This document shows positions 43,283 through 54,700 of a stretch of DNA of 64,000 nucleotides, piece by piece. Made by a program: the position numbers and the translations under genes. This stretch comes from a candidate division CPR3 bacterium GWF2_35_18 (GTDB lineage: Bacteria > Patescibacteriota > CPR3 > GWF2-35-18), in the NCBI GenBank assembly GCA_001771135.1, contig MESW01000008.1:2373-66372 (forward strand), in the 5' to 3' direction. Below the pieces are notes generated by a model. That model made no database searches. It saw nothing but the letters and a program-made list of their open reading frames with translations, and was not told the DNA's origin. Each line of letters begins with the position of its first letter. The first letter of the stretch is position 1.

Positions 43283-44101
43283 TTATACACGACTATAATT
43301 ATATTTATGAAGTTCTCTAAGTTTTGCATCTATTTGTTCTCGTCGTTTTCTATTATATTGATGGATTAATATTTTGTTTTGATCTTCCGCGTTGTCATGA
43401 GCATTCTTCATTTCAATCATTTGTGCCGCGTTATACGCAAGTAAAGATTCTTGGAAATAGTTATAGATCAATATTCCGATGATGGTTTTGTTAAAATATT
43501 TAACTACTTCATTAACATTGGGTTCAACTCTAAATCGTTCATCAATATCTTCAAATTTTTTTTGACTTTTTTCTTTATTTGGTTTTGTAATTAAAGATAC
43601 TACTTCAACTATCTGTTGTACTGCACTTTTATATCTTGGGAAAACAATATGAATATGTGCATACGTTCCTAAGATGTCTTTTAATGGTTCTATTTGTTCA
43701 TATTTTACTTTGTTAGGAATACTAAAAAAATGGATTGTGCGTTCATTTCTCTTTATGAAATGATTGTGTCCTTTTTTGCCGGTAATTAAAAGATCCGCTT
43801 TGTATTCTTTATAGAGATGTTCCCCTTTTTCAAGTACTTTATTGAGTAAATTCCCATACATACCTCTATTCAGAGTAAGTACTACAACAAGATGTTTATT
43901 ATTTACTTCCGGTCTTTCAGGTGTTAGCTGTTGTAATGTTCGATACACTTTCCAGGTTTCCTCAAAAAAAAGTCTACTTTTCAATATCTTTTCTCTGGTT
44001 TTAAATATTTCGTTTGCCGCACTTTGCTCCAGTGCTTGCGCAATTTCTCCGAGATATTCAACTGCTTTAATTTTATTTCTTAATATTTCTAGAGACTGCA
44101 T
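43283..44101 (-). CDS. atpG: F1-ATPase gamma subunit.
   Basis: Gamma-like N-terminal (SLEILRNKIKAVEY...) and C-terminal coiled-coil helices. 272 aa. Located between the alpha and beta genes. Confidence 0.75.
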   Translation of the reverse strand: MQSLEILRNKIKAVEYLGEIAQALEQSAANEIFKTREKILKSRLFFEETWKVYRTLQQLTPERPEVNNKHLVVVLTLNRGMYGNLLNKVLEKGEHLYKEYKADLLITGKKGHNHFIKRNERTIHFFSIPNKVKYEQIEPLKDILGTYAHIHIVFPRYKSAVQQIVEVVSLITKPNKEKSQKKFEDIDERFRVEPNVNEVVKYFNKTIIGILIYNYFQESLLAYNAAQMIEMKNAHDNAEDQNKILIHQYNRKRREQIDAKLRELHKYNYSRV

Positions 44102-45656
44102 ATTGATCGCCGGTTGATTCTTTTAAAAGATCTACTATTGTTTCCTTTTCAGCTTCTGATTGTTCTGTCTTTTGAACTATTGGAGGTGTTTTAGGATCTT
44201 TGATAAAATCATTAATTACAGATTCTAAAATCTCTTTTGATTTATCTAACGATTTTAAAGAGAGTGCTTTTTGAACAGAAGCTATATATGAATCTTCTTG
44301 AGAATAACTATGAAATTTTAGTTTTAATTCAGCTATAACTTCATAATTCCACATTAGTATTTTTTTTGAAACGAGTAAATAAAGCATTCCAATTTCATAT
44401 TCTAATGTAAGAAGATCATTAAGAGATTGATGGAAAATAAGATCGATTCTTTTCCCTAGTTCAATAATCTCATAGGTGTTTTTTTGTATTTCTGTTCCCA
44501 GGGAGATGAATTTTTCTACCTCATGGTAACGAATTATCACTGTTTTAAGTTTATCCGATAATTCGCGTAATAGTTTTGGTTGCGATTTTCCTCCAATTCT
44601 GGTAACGGAATAACCAATATCTATTGCTGGTTGAATACCTTTATTTGCTAGGCTTTGTCTAAATAAAATGTGTCCATCTGTTATGGCCATAAGATTTGTT
44701 GTGATGAAGTCAGTAAATTCTTCACTTTGAGTCTCAACAATAGGAATAGCTGTAATAGAGCCATTTCCTACTTTATCACTAAAACTTCCACATCTTTCCA
44801 ATAGCCGGGTATGTAAATAGAAAATATCTCCTGGATAAGCTTCTCTTCCGGGTGGTCTATTGAGGAGTAATGAAAGTTGTCTATATACTTTAGCGTGTGC
44901 GGTTAAATTATCGAATACGATAAGAACATCTTTTCCTAGACCTGCTAGAGTTTCAGCAATTGTCATTCCTGTCATTGGAGCAATATAGTTTAAAGATGCA
45001 GGATCAGAAGATCTTGATAAAATGACAATCGTGTTTCTAAATGCTCCGTATTGGTATAGCTGGCTGAGTCTTCTCTTTACATGAGTAGATTCTGCGTCAA
45101 TAGTGACAAAAATACTTGCTACATTAGAATTAATTTTAGTTTGATTTGCAATAATCGCTGCAGCCACATCGCTCTTTTTAATTTTCTTTTCTCCGATAAA
45201 CAACTCTCTTTGTCCTTTTCCTATGGGAATTTGCGAATCGATTAATATATATCCGGTATTTAATTGCGTTATAATTTGTTTTCTTTCATTAACTTTTTTA
45301 GCCGTTCCTTCTATATCCTTTAAAAGGCCTTTTTCGATCTCTCCTTTGTTATCCAGTGGTTCCCCAAGTGGGCTTATAATTCTTCCAAGTAGCTTTTCAC
45401 TGACATTGATTTTTAAAGAAGGACTAATTATTTTTACCAATTCGCCACGCCGTAAATTTTGATAATTTCCGAGGAGAATAATTTGAGCTTCTTGTTGCGT
45501 AAATCCTAGAACAATTCCCCTTACTCCTGATGAAAATTGTACCACATTATTGAGAGCTACAGATTCCAATCCGCTTATGATACAGACTTCATTTATAATT
45601 GATTCTACTCTGCCGACACTTTCTTTTACACCAATTGAATTAAAACTTTTTGTCAT
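44073..45656 (-). CDS. atpA: F1-ATPase alpha subunit (native copy) with a degenerate Walker A motif and an extended C-terminus.
   Basis: Collinear with alpha (IPIGKGQRELFIG..., [41 protein letters not shown]). The canonical GDRQTGKT is replaced by GEKKIKKS, confirmed from nucleotides 45171-45200. 527 aa. Confidence 0.9.
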   Translation of the reverse strand: MTKSFNSIGVKESVGRVESIINEVCIISGLESVALNNVVQFSSGVRGIVLGFTQQEAQIILLGNYQNLRRGELVKIISPSLKINVSEKLLGRIISPLGEPLDNKGEIEKGLLKDIEGTAKKVNERKQIITQLNTGYILIDSQIPIGKGQRELFIGEKKIKKSDVAAAIIANQTKINSNVASIFVTIDAESTHVKRRLSQLYQYGAFRNTIVILSRSSDPASLNYIAPMTGMTIAETLAGLGKDVLIVFDNLTAHAKVYRQLSLLLNRPPGREAYPGDIFYLHTRLLERCGSFSDKVGNGSITAIPIVETQSEEFTDFITTNLMAITDGHILFRQSLANKGIQPAIDIGYSVTRIGGKSQPKLLRELSDKLKTVIIRYHEVEKFISLGTEIQKNTYEIIELGKRIDLIFHQSLNDLLTLEYEIGMLYLLVSKKILMWNYEVIAELKLKFHSYSQEDSYIASVQKALSLKSLDKSKEILESVINDFIKDPKTPPIVQKTEQSEAEKETIVDLLKESTGDQYAVSRNIKK

Positions 45657-46225
45657 GAATAGATTTTTTCTACTTTATTTTCTAAATATAATTGTAAATA
45701 ATAAATAAGGGCATTTTTAAATGAATAGTCAAGCAAATCACCTCTAATAAGTAGTGTAAATCCTGCTGTTAATGACTTATCAACTTCAAAAATAATTCTT
45801 TTTGAGTTATATCTTTTTACATCATCTCCCAGTCTTTTTGCTATGGTATTTTTAAAATTATCGGAAAGTGCAATTGCAGAAGAAAAAACAATCTCTTCAG
45901 CAGAGGAAAGTTGCTTCAAAAATATCTCATAGAATTCTTTTCCTGTTTCATCAGTTAACGTCCATAAAAGTTTTTTATCAGTAATATCTAATAAAAATTG
46001 AAATATTTCTTCGGATATTTGATCTTTGAAAAGAAAAATAATCGTTTCTTTAATCTTTTCTTTTTTTGCATCTTTATCTGAAAATAGTTTAGTGATTTCT
46101 TCAGAAAAATTTACTTTATCAAAAATAATTCCCATATCTCTCGCTATTTTCTTGTATGGAGAAAAAACAGTATATTGATGTAAAATATCTAATACCTCTT
46201 TAAGTTGCTCGGTTTTCATCTTCAT
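45653..46225 (-). CDS. atpH: F-type ATPase delta (OSCP) subunit.
   Basis: 190 aa with a delta-like C-terminal segment (LTAGFTLLIRGDLLDYSF). It lies between the b and alpha genes with ATGA-type overlaps. Confidence 0.7.
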   Translation of the reverse strand: MKMKTEQLKEVLDILHQYTVFSPYKKIARDMGIIFDKVNFSEEITKLFSDKDAKKEKIKETIIFLFKDQISEEIFQFLLDITDKKLLWTLTDETGKEFYEIFLKQLSSAEEIVFSSAIALSDNFKNTIAKRLGDDVKRYNSKRIIFEVDKSLTAGFTLLIRGDLLDYSFKNALIYYLQLYLENKVEKIYS

Positions 46226-46754
46226 AAATCTTCATTAATTTTTTAATAATATCTTCATGTTGTTCGAGAGTAAATTCTTCTTTGATATATTGTTTTAATG
46301 CCCAGTCAATGGCTTGAGAGGATTCATTAATTGTCTGTTCATAAATCTTACTAGCTTGTTTTTGAGCTTGTGTTTTTATCTTAATTCCATTTTCTTGAGC
46401 TTCACTAATTATCTTAGTGGCTTCTTTCTCTGCTTCAGAAAATATATCTTTTAAATGATTTCCAGAATCAACAAAAGCTCTTTTAGTTACTTCTTCAATT
46501 ATTTTTTTATTCTCTTCAGCTGAATTCTTATGAATGTCTATAGCCTTTTCAGCTGCATCATTGAAATATTTTTTTGTATCTTCTCGTGCAATATGTCCTA
46601 ATTTGGTAAAAGAATTTTCTAAGGCCTTGAAAGAGAGATAGATACGCCATAAGTAAATAATAATAATTATATTTAATACAGCAACAAATAATATGGTATA
46701 AGTTATATTATTTCGTAATAGTTGGTTAAATGTTTCAACAAAGGTGATATTCAT
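46200..46754 (-). CDS. atpF: F-type ATPase b subunit (single N-terminal TM plus a long charged helix).
   Basis: N-terminal TM (YTILFVAVLNIIIIIYLW) followed by a K/E/A-rich helical region. 184 aa. Confidence 0.7.
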   Translation of the reverse strand: MNITFVETFNQLLRNNITYTILFVAVLNIIIIIYLWRIYLSFKALENSFTKLGHIAREDTKKYFNDAAEKAIDIHKNSAEENKKIIEEVTKRAFVDSGNHLKDIFSEAEKEATKIISEAQENGIKIKTQAQKQASKIYEQTINESSQAIDWALKQYIKEEFTLEQHEDIIKKLMKIYEDENRAT

Positions 46755-46761
46755 AAAATAA

Positions 46762-47961
46762 TTAATCTCTCAAAGCTAATAGTGGATCCATACTAACAGA
46801 TCTACGTGCTGGAATTATTCCAATTAAGAAACCGAGAATAAAAGCAATTACTATCATTATTATACTAATAATATAAGGTGTTTCATAGAGCTTGAATAAA
46901 GGAGTATTGATTTGTGATGCTACATAAGCAACTCTAAGGTTAACAAGATAACCAAATCCAGAACCAATAAGTAATCCTATTAATGTTCCTCCTACTGAAA
47001 GAATAATAGATTGACAATAAAATAAAATTTTTACATCTTCTTGTCTAATACCGATAATTCTTAAAAAACCAATTTTTTTAATCTGTTCCATGAGAACAAT
47101 CGTAATCGTATTTAAAATACTAGAAATTGCAACCAAAAGCGTAATGGATCCTAATATAATAAGTAGTATCCGTAAAATACCTAGAATACGCTCTACCTGA
47201 TCAAAAGTATCTTGAATATTACTAGTTTTAAAACCTAGAAGTTCAATATTTTCCCTTATCTCGTCAATTTCATTTAAGTTGCTCACAATTACTTTTGTTT
47301 GACTAGCATAAGTAATTCCTATATTGTAAAGGTCCTCGGCTGGTATATATGCAAGTGGAGATTCTTCTTTATCAATAATTCCAATAACGGTATATTCATT
47401 ATCTGCAATAGTTTTTGTTACCCCATCAATATTATCGGTGAGGTTTTTGGTTAAGACAAAATTAATCATTATATTTCTTCCTATCAGGTCATCCGGATTT
47501 GAAATTCCATAGTCTTGCAAAACAGCTTTGCTTAATATTATTTTCTTTGTATCTCCTAATTCAAAACCTTTTCCCTTCAAGTATGATAAAGATAAAGTGT
47601 TCATGTATGTAGGAGTAATTCCGTAAAAAGGAAGAGTTTGAGAAATTCCGTGGAATAAAGCGTCTCCAGAGAGATTAATGATGGGCTCAACACTTTCAAC
47701 ACCAATTAAAGATCTAAATTCACCAAGGCGGACTTTATCTATTTTTAGTTGTTGTGTTTTTAATGAAGTAACTGTAATAATGTTTCGTGATTCGGAGTTT
47801 TCCATTTCAGTATTAACCATATTTTCTAAACCATATCCTAAACCACTCATGAACATTATCATACTGACACTAATCCCCACTCCTCCCATGGTTAATATAG
47901 TACGGATTCTTTTTGAAAAAACATTAATTACAGCTAACCTAATAATATATAAAATACTCAT
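46762..47961 (-). CDS. ABC transporter permease, MacB/FtsX-like (4 TM with a large extracytoplasmic domain).
   Basis: N-terminal TM, a roughly 230-aa periplasmic-like domain, and three C-terminal TMs. Sits 8 nt downstream of the ABC ATPase gene. Confidence 0.75.
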   Translation of the reverse strand: MSILYIIRLAVINVFSKRIRTILTMGGVGISVSMIMFMSGLGYGLENMVNTEMENSESRNIITVTSLKTQQLKIDKVRLGEFRSLIGVESVEPIINLSGDALFHGISQTLPFYGITPTYMNTLSLSYLKGKGFELGDTKKIILSKAVLQDYGISNPDDLIGRNIMINFVLTKNLTDNIDGVTKTIADNEYTVIGIIDKEESPLAYIPAEDLYNIGITYASQTKVIVSNLNEIDEIRENIELLGFKTSNIQDTFDQVERILGILRILLIILGSITLLVAISSILNTITIVLMEQIKKIGFLRIIGIRQEDVKILFYCQSIILSVGGTLIGLLIGSGFGYLVNLRVAYVASQINTPLFKLYETPYIISIIMIVIAFILGFLIGIIPARRSVSMDPLLALRD

Positions 47962-47969
47962 ATCGTTTT

Positions 47970-48761
47970 TTATTTTTTATTTGGTGATTCAATATAGCTT
48001 ACTACTTCTTTTATGCTGTGTAATGGACTATTTTGTTGTTTAATATTCCAAAGCCTTCCGTCTTTGACAAAAAACCATTTTTTTGAAAATTTTAAAAATT
48101 CAAAATCGTGAGTAACCATGACAATTGTTTTATTTTCTTTGGTATTTATATCCACCAGAATTTTAATTACTTCTTCAACTGATTGTGTGTCCAGGTGTCC
48201 AGTAGGCTCATCTGCAAAAACAATCCAAGGATCATTAATTAAGGCTCTGGCTATAGATGCTTTTTGTTTTTGTCCCGAAGAAGCTTCGGTAGGACGATGC
48301 TTTTTGATACTATCAATACCAAATGTGTCAATGAATTTTTGAGCCTTTTTTAAAGCAATTCCTTTTCTAGTTCCTTGCATGATAAGTGGAAGAGCTATAT
48401 TCTCATGTAAGGTTAATTGTTCTATCCATATTTGTTGTTCTGGGATTAAACCAAATCTTTTTAGTCTAATCTTGGCTCGATCCTCATTACTGAAATTATA
48501 AAAAGACTCTTCTTTTAAAATCACTTCTCCGATATCCGGTTTTTCAATTCCCATTAAGATATTAAGTAATGTTGATTTTCCTGCTCCAGAAGGGCCAAAA
48601 ATAATAACAAAATCTCCGTAATTGATTTGAAAAGATACATCTGAAATCGGAGTTACCATTTGTTTACCGATTTTGAACACTTTTGTTACTCCGACAGCTT
48701 CAAGAATAGGTGCCTTTGTAAAATGCTGAATTGAGGTCTTATCATCTTGGATACTCATCAT
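47970..48761 (-). CDS. ABC transporter ATP-binding protein (MacB/LolD-like).
   Basis: Walker A GPSGAGKST, signature SGGQKQ-like (SSGQKQKASIARAL), Walker B IVFADEPTGHLD, and an H-loop. Confidence 0.9.
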   Translation of the reverse strand: MMSIQDDKTSIQHFTKAPILEAVGVTKVFKIGKQMVTPISDVSFQINYGDFVIIFGPSGAGKSTLLNILMGIEKPDIGEVILKEESFYNFSNEDRAKIRLKRFGLIPEQQIWIEQLTLHENIALPLIMQGTRKGIALKKAQKFIDTFGIDSIKKHRPTEASSGQKQKASIARALINDPWIVFADEPTGHLDTQSVEEVIKILVDINTKENKTIVMVTHDFEFLKFSKKWFFVKDGRLWNIKQQNSPLHSIKEVVSYIESPNKK

Positions 48762-48765
48762 ATTT

Positions 48766-51700
48766 TTAGTTTATTTTAAGTATTTTTTCAAATAAATCGA
48801 TAATAATATCTAGCATAGAATATTCTGGTTCTGAAGCTATGGCCACAGTACGTTCTCCATAACTAATATTGCCTGTAAGGTCTGTAGAAAGAGGTTGGAT
48901 CTTGTAAATTTTTTCTATCGGTAAGTTTGACAAGACTACAACATGAGAAGTTGTTGTTTCCGTATCTAAAGGAGATTCATTTACAAGATCTTCTTTACTT
49001 CCTATGCTATAGCGAATTTGACTAGTTGAAGGTTCATCAGTCTTCCAAGAAACGATAATTTGACTTCTTGCGTTAGAAGCTACTCCAGTAGTAGATATTT
49101 CAACAATAAGATCTGACATTACAGGAGGACGAGTATCTATTTGAGAAGTCCACCTTTGAACTGTACTAGTGACGATTACTCCATATCGATCACGTCCTTT
49201 AATAATAAAACTATATTCAGTATTGCTAAATAAATCATTAATAGTCATAGAGTGAATAGTTTCAAGATCACTTTTGGCTACTTCTTTTTTTAATCCTCCT
49301 CCATCGTAAATAATAAATGAGTCGGTTGGAATATTGGTTCGCCAATTTACTTGAACAGAGTTAAATTGGTCGGCTATAGGTTGGAAAGTAATATTAGTGA
49401 TTTCTGGGTAAGGTAACGTATTAAATGAATAATCATCACTAGTAATTATTGTCCCGAATTCAGTATCTGCAATAATTTTAAAATGATATATTGAACTATC
49501 GTTACTACTTTCGAGATTAGAAAATTCATAGAAGTGTGTTAAAACGGCAACAGTCTCTCCTTCTATTGGAAGTCCTTCAATTGGAGTTAGTTCATAATTA
49601 AGGTTTTTACCATAAGTGATTTTAGATTTTGTCGGAACTGTAGATTTCCAAGTTACCATGGCGCTATTTTGGGTAATGCTATTTTGATCTACAATCACAT
49701 CATATATTCTTGGAGCTTCTTGTGTTTGAAATGAATAGATAGGAGAAAAAGCGTCCGAATCAAGATAGTTTTTATTTTTATCGATACTTAAGACTTTATA
49801 ATAATAAGTAGTTTTTGGGCTAAGGTCTGTTATTGTTATTATATGTTCTTTACGCAAATCTTCATGGTCTCGATCACGTTTTAGATCATTTTGTTGTAGT
49901 CCGATATAAACTGCTCCTTCAGTATCTCTTTCTGTAACCCAGACGATTTCTGCTCTATCAGACCCTGCTTTTACAGTTGGTCCAGAGTTAACCTTTGGCG
50001 GAAAATTAAATACTCCTTCAGGTCTTTTTGTAAATGCCGAAGATTCTCCTCCACAGTTATCGACGCTATCACAAGCAGATACTTTATAAGTATAAGTATT
50101 CTCAGTATTAACCCTCAAATCGACATATGCGGTATCGCTAACTTTTCCAATTTGGTTAAAGATATTTGCTCCATTTTCAGCTCTCCAAACAATGTAGTGA
50201 TCTATTCCGTTTCCTTTAAAAGCCGGAGCGTCCCATGTAAGAGTTAAAGACCATCTTACATTAGCTTGATCAGAAGTATCACTAACAATAAGATTCATAG
50301 GGATTCCCGGGGAAATGGTATTAGCCGTAAAATTAATGGTTGCAGGATATAACCAATTAGCATTTCCGGCTTCATCTAGAGCTATAACAGATAAAATATT
50401 TACGCCTCTTTTAGTAGCAGCTCTAAAAGGACTTATGTATCTGTTTGACGTACAGGTTGTATTAGAATAGCTTAATGGTGGTTCAGCATTTATAGCATAA
50501 CAGTAAGTTAAAAGATCTGCTGATCCAGAAAACATAGCTGGGAGATCCCATGTGAAGGCGAACATATTCATAGTTGATATCGGAGGTATTGCGGCTAAGT
50601 TTGTGACTTTACTAGGAGGGTCATTAGAGAAATAATATGATGCAGTCATATATGATGAAGCAAAGTTACCCGCGACATCTTTTGCTCTTAAATAGAATGT
50701 ATTCGTTCCATTTGTGTACATGGCTGGAATATCAGTTAATAAAAGGCCTGTTTGACATTTTTCGGTTGCATATATTCCTTGAGTCGCTCCAGTCTTATAA
50801 CAATAACTATGTATTTTTGAATGTTCGTCATAAGCATTTGGCCATTCAAAAGTATACTTATTTATAGTTGTAAATCCAGAAGGGGTGACTGTAATCATCG
50901 GTGGATTATCTGGAGGAATGTTATCAAATTTATAAATTATTGGCGTAAAAATATTAGAATCAATATTTCCAGTATAATCGACTGCCTGTAAGCTGAAGTA
51001 ATATGTGTTTGAGGTTGTAAGATTAGCTTCATAGTATGAGTTTTCCGTAAATACTCCAGAAGTTAAAGGTACTGCAGAAGGATCGGTGCTGAAAGAAACA
51101 TAGTATCCTTTAATATGTGATCCGAGTAAGCCATCAGTCGCTCCTCCGGCTTCGCCTGGATCTGGCCAGTCAAAATAAGGTTTTGCGTAGTTGTACCATT
51201 TATTTGTTTCTAATTCGGTTGTTTTTGTATCATCAGTATAATATTTAGTAATGGTTGGATTTGTAGGTGGAGTAACGTCAAAATAATAGTCTAGGGCGTA
51301 ACTTGATAGTTTTGGAGTGTAGACGTTGTCATATGAATACATAATAACCTTAAGTTGTAAATATTTTTGTGGTTGTGATGCTACTCTTGTACTTAATTCT
51401 CCGGTAAATAGTTTGATTTGGTCAGTCAATTCCCATTCATTCCAAGTATTTCCGTCGATCGAAGTTCTAGTATAAAATTCAATATCTGTATTTTCTGGAA
51501 TAGAAACTTCAGCTTTAATTCCAGCATAATCGAATAGTCCGCTTACTTCCATCGGTTGAGATATATGGACTCCAAGCCCCTGATATCCTGTTGTTGCTGA
51601 TGGGAAGTTAAATTGGAGAATATGTGGATTATCTTGTCCCGGAATAGCAAGAGCTTTAGATTCGCTTATTTTTACTAGATTCCCGCCATAAGCAAAATAA

Positions 51701-54700
51701 TCAGGAGATGATGTTCCTTCCACCCATTGATTAGTAGCAATATCGTAGACATACATATTCTTTTGGGCATTACCTCTCATTGCATAGATCTTTCCTTGTT
51801 GCATCACCATAGTGTTTCCATAAGTTGTTGTCACAGGGAAATTTGCTAAAGTTGTCCAGCTATTATTAAAAATATCATACTGGTAAAAAGCGTTTGATCC
51901 ATTACTGCGAAGAGCATAAATGTAATTATCTCCGTCATAAACAAAGGATGCATTAAGTATATTTGCAGGAAAAGCTCTCAAAGATTCCCAAGTTCCTCCG
52001 TTTACATCTGGAGTATAACGATAAAATTGATTATCATTTCCTCGAGGAAGGTATAAATATCCATTTTTATCTACTACTAAGGAACTTGCTCCAGGTCGAT
52101 ATATAGTATTTAAAGTGTCAGTCATCTTTTCCCATTGGTATTTACCAAAATCAAATCGATAGAAGTTGGTTCTGCTTCTACCTGGTTCGTAGTATAGATA
52201 TCCATTTGAATATGCAATTGATCCTCCTATTCCAATATATGGAGGTGGTGGTAAGTATGTGAATTCATTTTTAGAAGTTGAATATTTTAAAAGATAGGAA
52301 TAATCACTTTCATTTCTATTTATAATATAAACATTATCTTCTCCATCGAAAGTAGCTGTTGTGGCTTGTCCTGCATACCATTCAATTCCATTTTGTAGAT
52401 CCCAACGTCTGCGTTGTAATGAGGGAGGTTGCAAATATCCTAAAGAAGTAAATTTACTATTCCAGGTATCGTATTGAAGAATGCGACGAGTGTTCCCAAG
52501 TCCTGGGATTATATATATGTAACGATTTCTATCATCACTCAGAGAGCCCCATGAGCTAATTGGGAATCCAGAGTTTATTGCTTTCCAGGTATCTGTGGCA
52601 ATGTTATATTTGAAAGCAGTGGCGTAACCATTTGTCATAAAATCCTGTCCAAAGATATATAGATTACCTTGACTATCCCCTGCTAGGTTACTTTGGACAT
52701 ACCAAAAATTGTATGGAGGAGTTGCCATCCATCTCCAGGTATCAGTAGAGATAGTATATTTTGCTAGTCCTCTCTGATACCAATCAGATGTTCCGAAGTT
52801 GACATATAAAGAATCTCCACCGTCATACCATATTCCTGATCCAGAATAATAAGTATTAATAGTTGTGGGTAAAGAGGTTAGATTTCCCCATCCGCCGGTT
52901 TCCGTATTATACTCATAGAAATCAATATTTCCAGAAAATACAAATAATATTTTGTTATTTCCAATATATTCCATATCAGTTCCATAGCTAGCGTTAACCG
53001 GAAGATTAGATAAAGGAGCATCCCAGATTTGATTTACAATGTCATATCTATAAAAACCATTTGTACTATTACCACGAATATAATAAATATATTTTTCTTG
53101 ATCCCACACTAAAGAACTTCCAATATAAGCCGTTGCGGGTAACGGAGGAAGATTTGTATCCCAAGTCTGTGATACTAAATTATATCTCCAGAAATTTGTA
53201 GTATTATTCCCGCGTGCTATGTATAGATAATCTCCTATAACAACGGAGGCTGAACCTGTTGCATAATCAGGTAATGAGGTGAAAGATCCTTCAGACCATG
53301 ATCCATAAGGTAATTTTTTTAATGATGCCGATCCTTCTTCGGTTATTAAGTCTAGATTAGTATTGGTTCCTTGAGAGAGTTGTTCATATGAAGTTGTTAG
53401 TTGTGATTCTGGTGGGGAAATATACCAATAACGATAGCTAAAAAATGTTTGGATTGCTGAGACATTTCCTTTATTATCTTTTACTTTAATTCTAACGTAA
53501 TAAATATCTCCACTAGTCATCGGAGATGTTACAACGTAAGTATTATTAGCTTGAAAACTACCATCTACCTCTGGGTCTGCGGCGACATTTGTTCCGTAAT
53601 ATACATAATACCCTGCTATTCCAGAGCCGTTATTTCCATCATTTGCTCCATTCCATTCGAAGTATGGGTGTTGGTATTCGTATGTTTGACCCGTAGTTAA
53701 AGTTTCCCCGGTAGCTGTTCCTTTGGCTACAAATTGTGAAGGAAGATTTGGAGGGATCACATCTTCTTCATAAGTAAATTGAATATTAGAAACTGTAGGA
53801 GTAGATAAGGTATCTCCATGTAGTGCTAGTTTAAATTGAAGATATCTTTTTGGGAGGGATTGTATGTTCCCTCCTGTTATTGGAAGCCATTGATCCCAAA
53901 TTCTACCATTATTTGAAGTTCGAGAATATGCTGTTACTGTGCCTGTGCCAGTAATTGAGGTTTGAAAAGTAGACCATGCTTGTACATGAGTTAAATCAAT
54001 CGATTTTGAGTACCAGACTCCATCAGCTACATAAGTATCTGTTGCTGTAGTCCAGTACCACATATGACTAATTACTGCTGTTGGGGAAACATAAACACGG
54101 TTTGTATTATTATCATAAAAACCGTAAGCAGCAACTTGTGTATAAGAAGGAAGGTTTGCTAGTCTTTTCCAACTGCTATCAGTTGTATCATAGCGATAGA
54201 AAAGTTGAGCTGTAACTGATGTGCGATTTGCAGGTACGAAGTAAAGATAACGACTTGTGTCTCCAACTAATACTCCCCCATGTTCTACAGATCCATTTGG
54301 AATATTTATTGGAAGAGTTGTCCATGTATTACCAGCTACATCGTATTTCATAAAATAGGGTGTACCTCCTCCAGAAAAAGCGTAAATATCTGCTCCAATT
54401 TTTTCTATTCCTCCTCCGCTTCCGATTGCTATTGGAGCAGAAGTTAAACTACCCCAGGTGTTATTAATAATGTCGTAACGATAAAAATTTACTCTTCCTC
54501 CAGGAGAGTAGTAAATATATCCATCCTCTCCGTCTATCATATCGCATCCATAAGTAGTTGCGTATGGAAATGTGGCTAGAGTAGCCCAAGTACTGTTTAT
54601 AAGGTCGAATTTATAAAATATTGTATTTCCATACCAGGATGCTAGGTATAGAGCATTATCTTTATATATTCCCGCAATTCCCGCTCTTGCTCCACTTATA

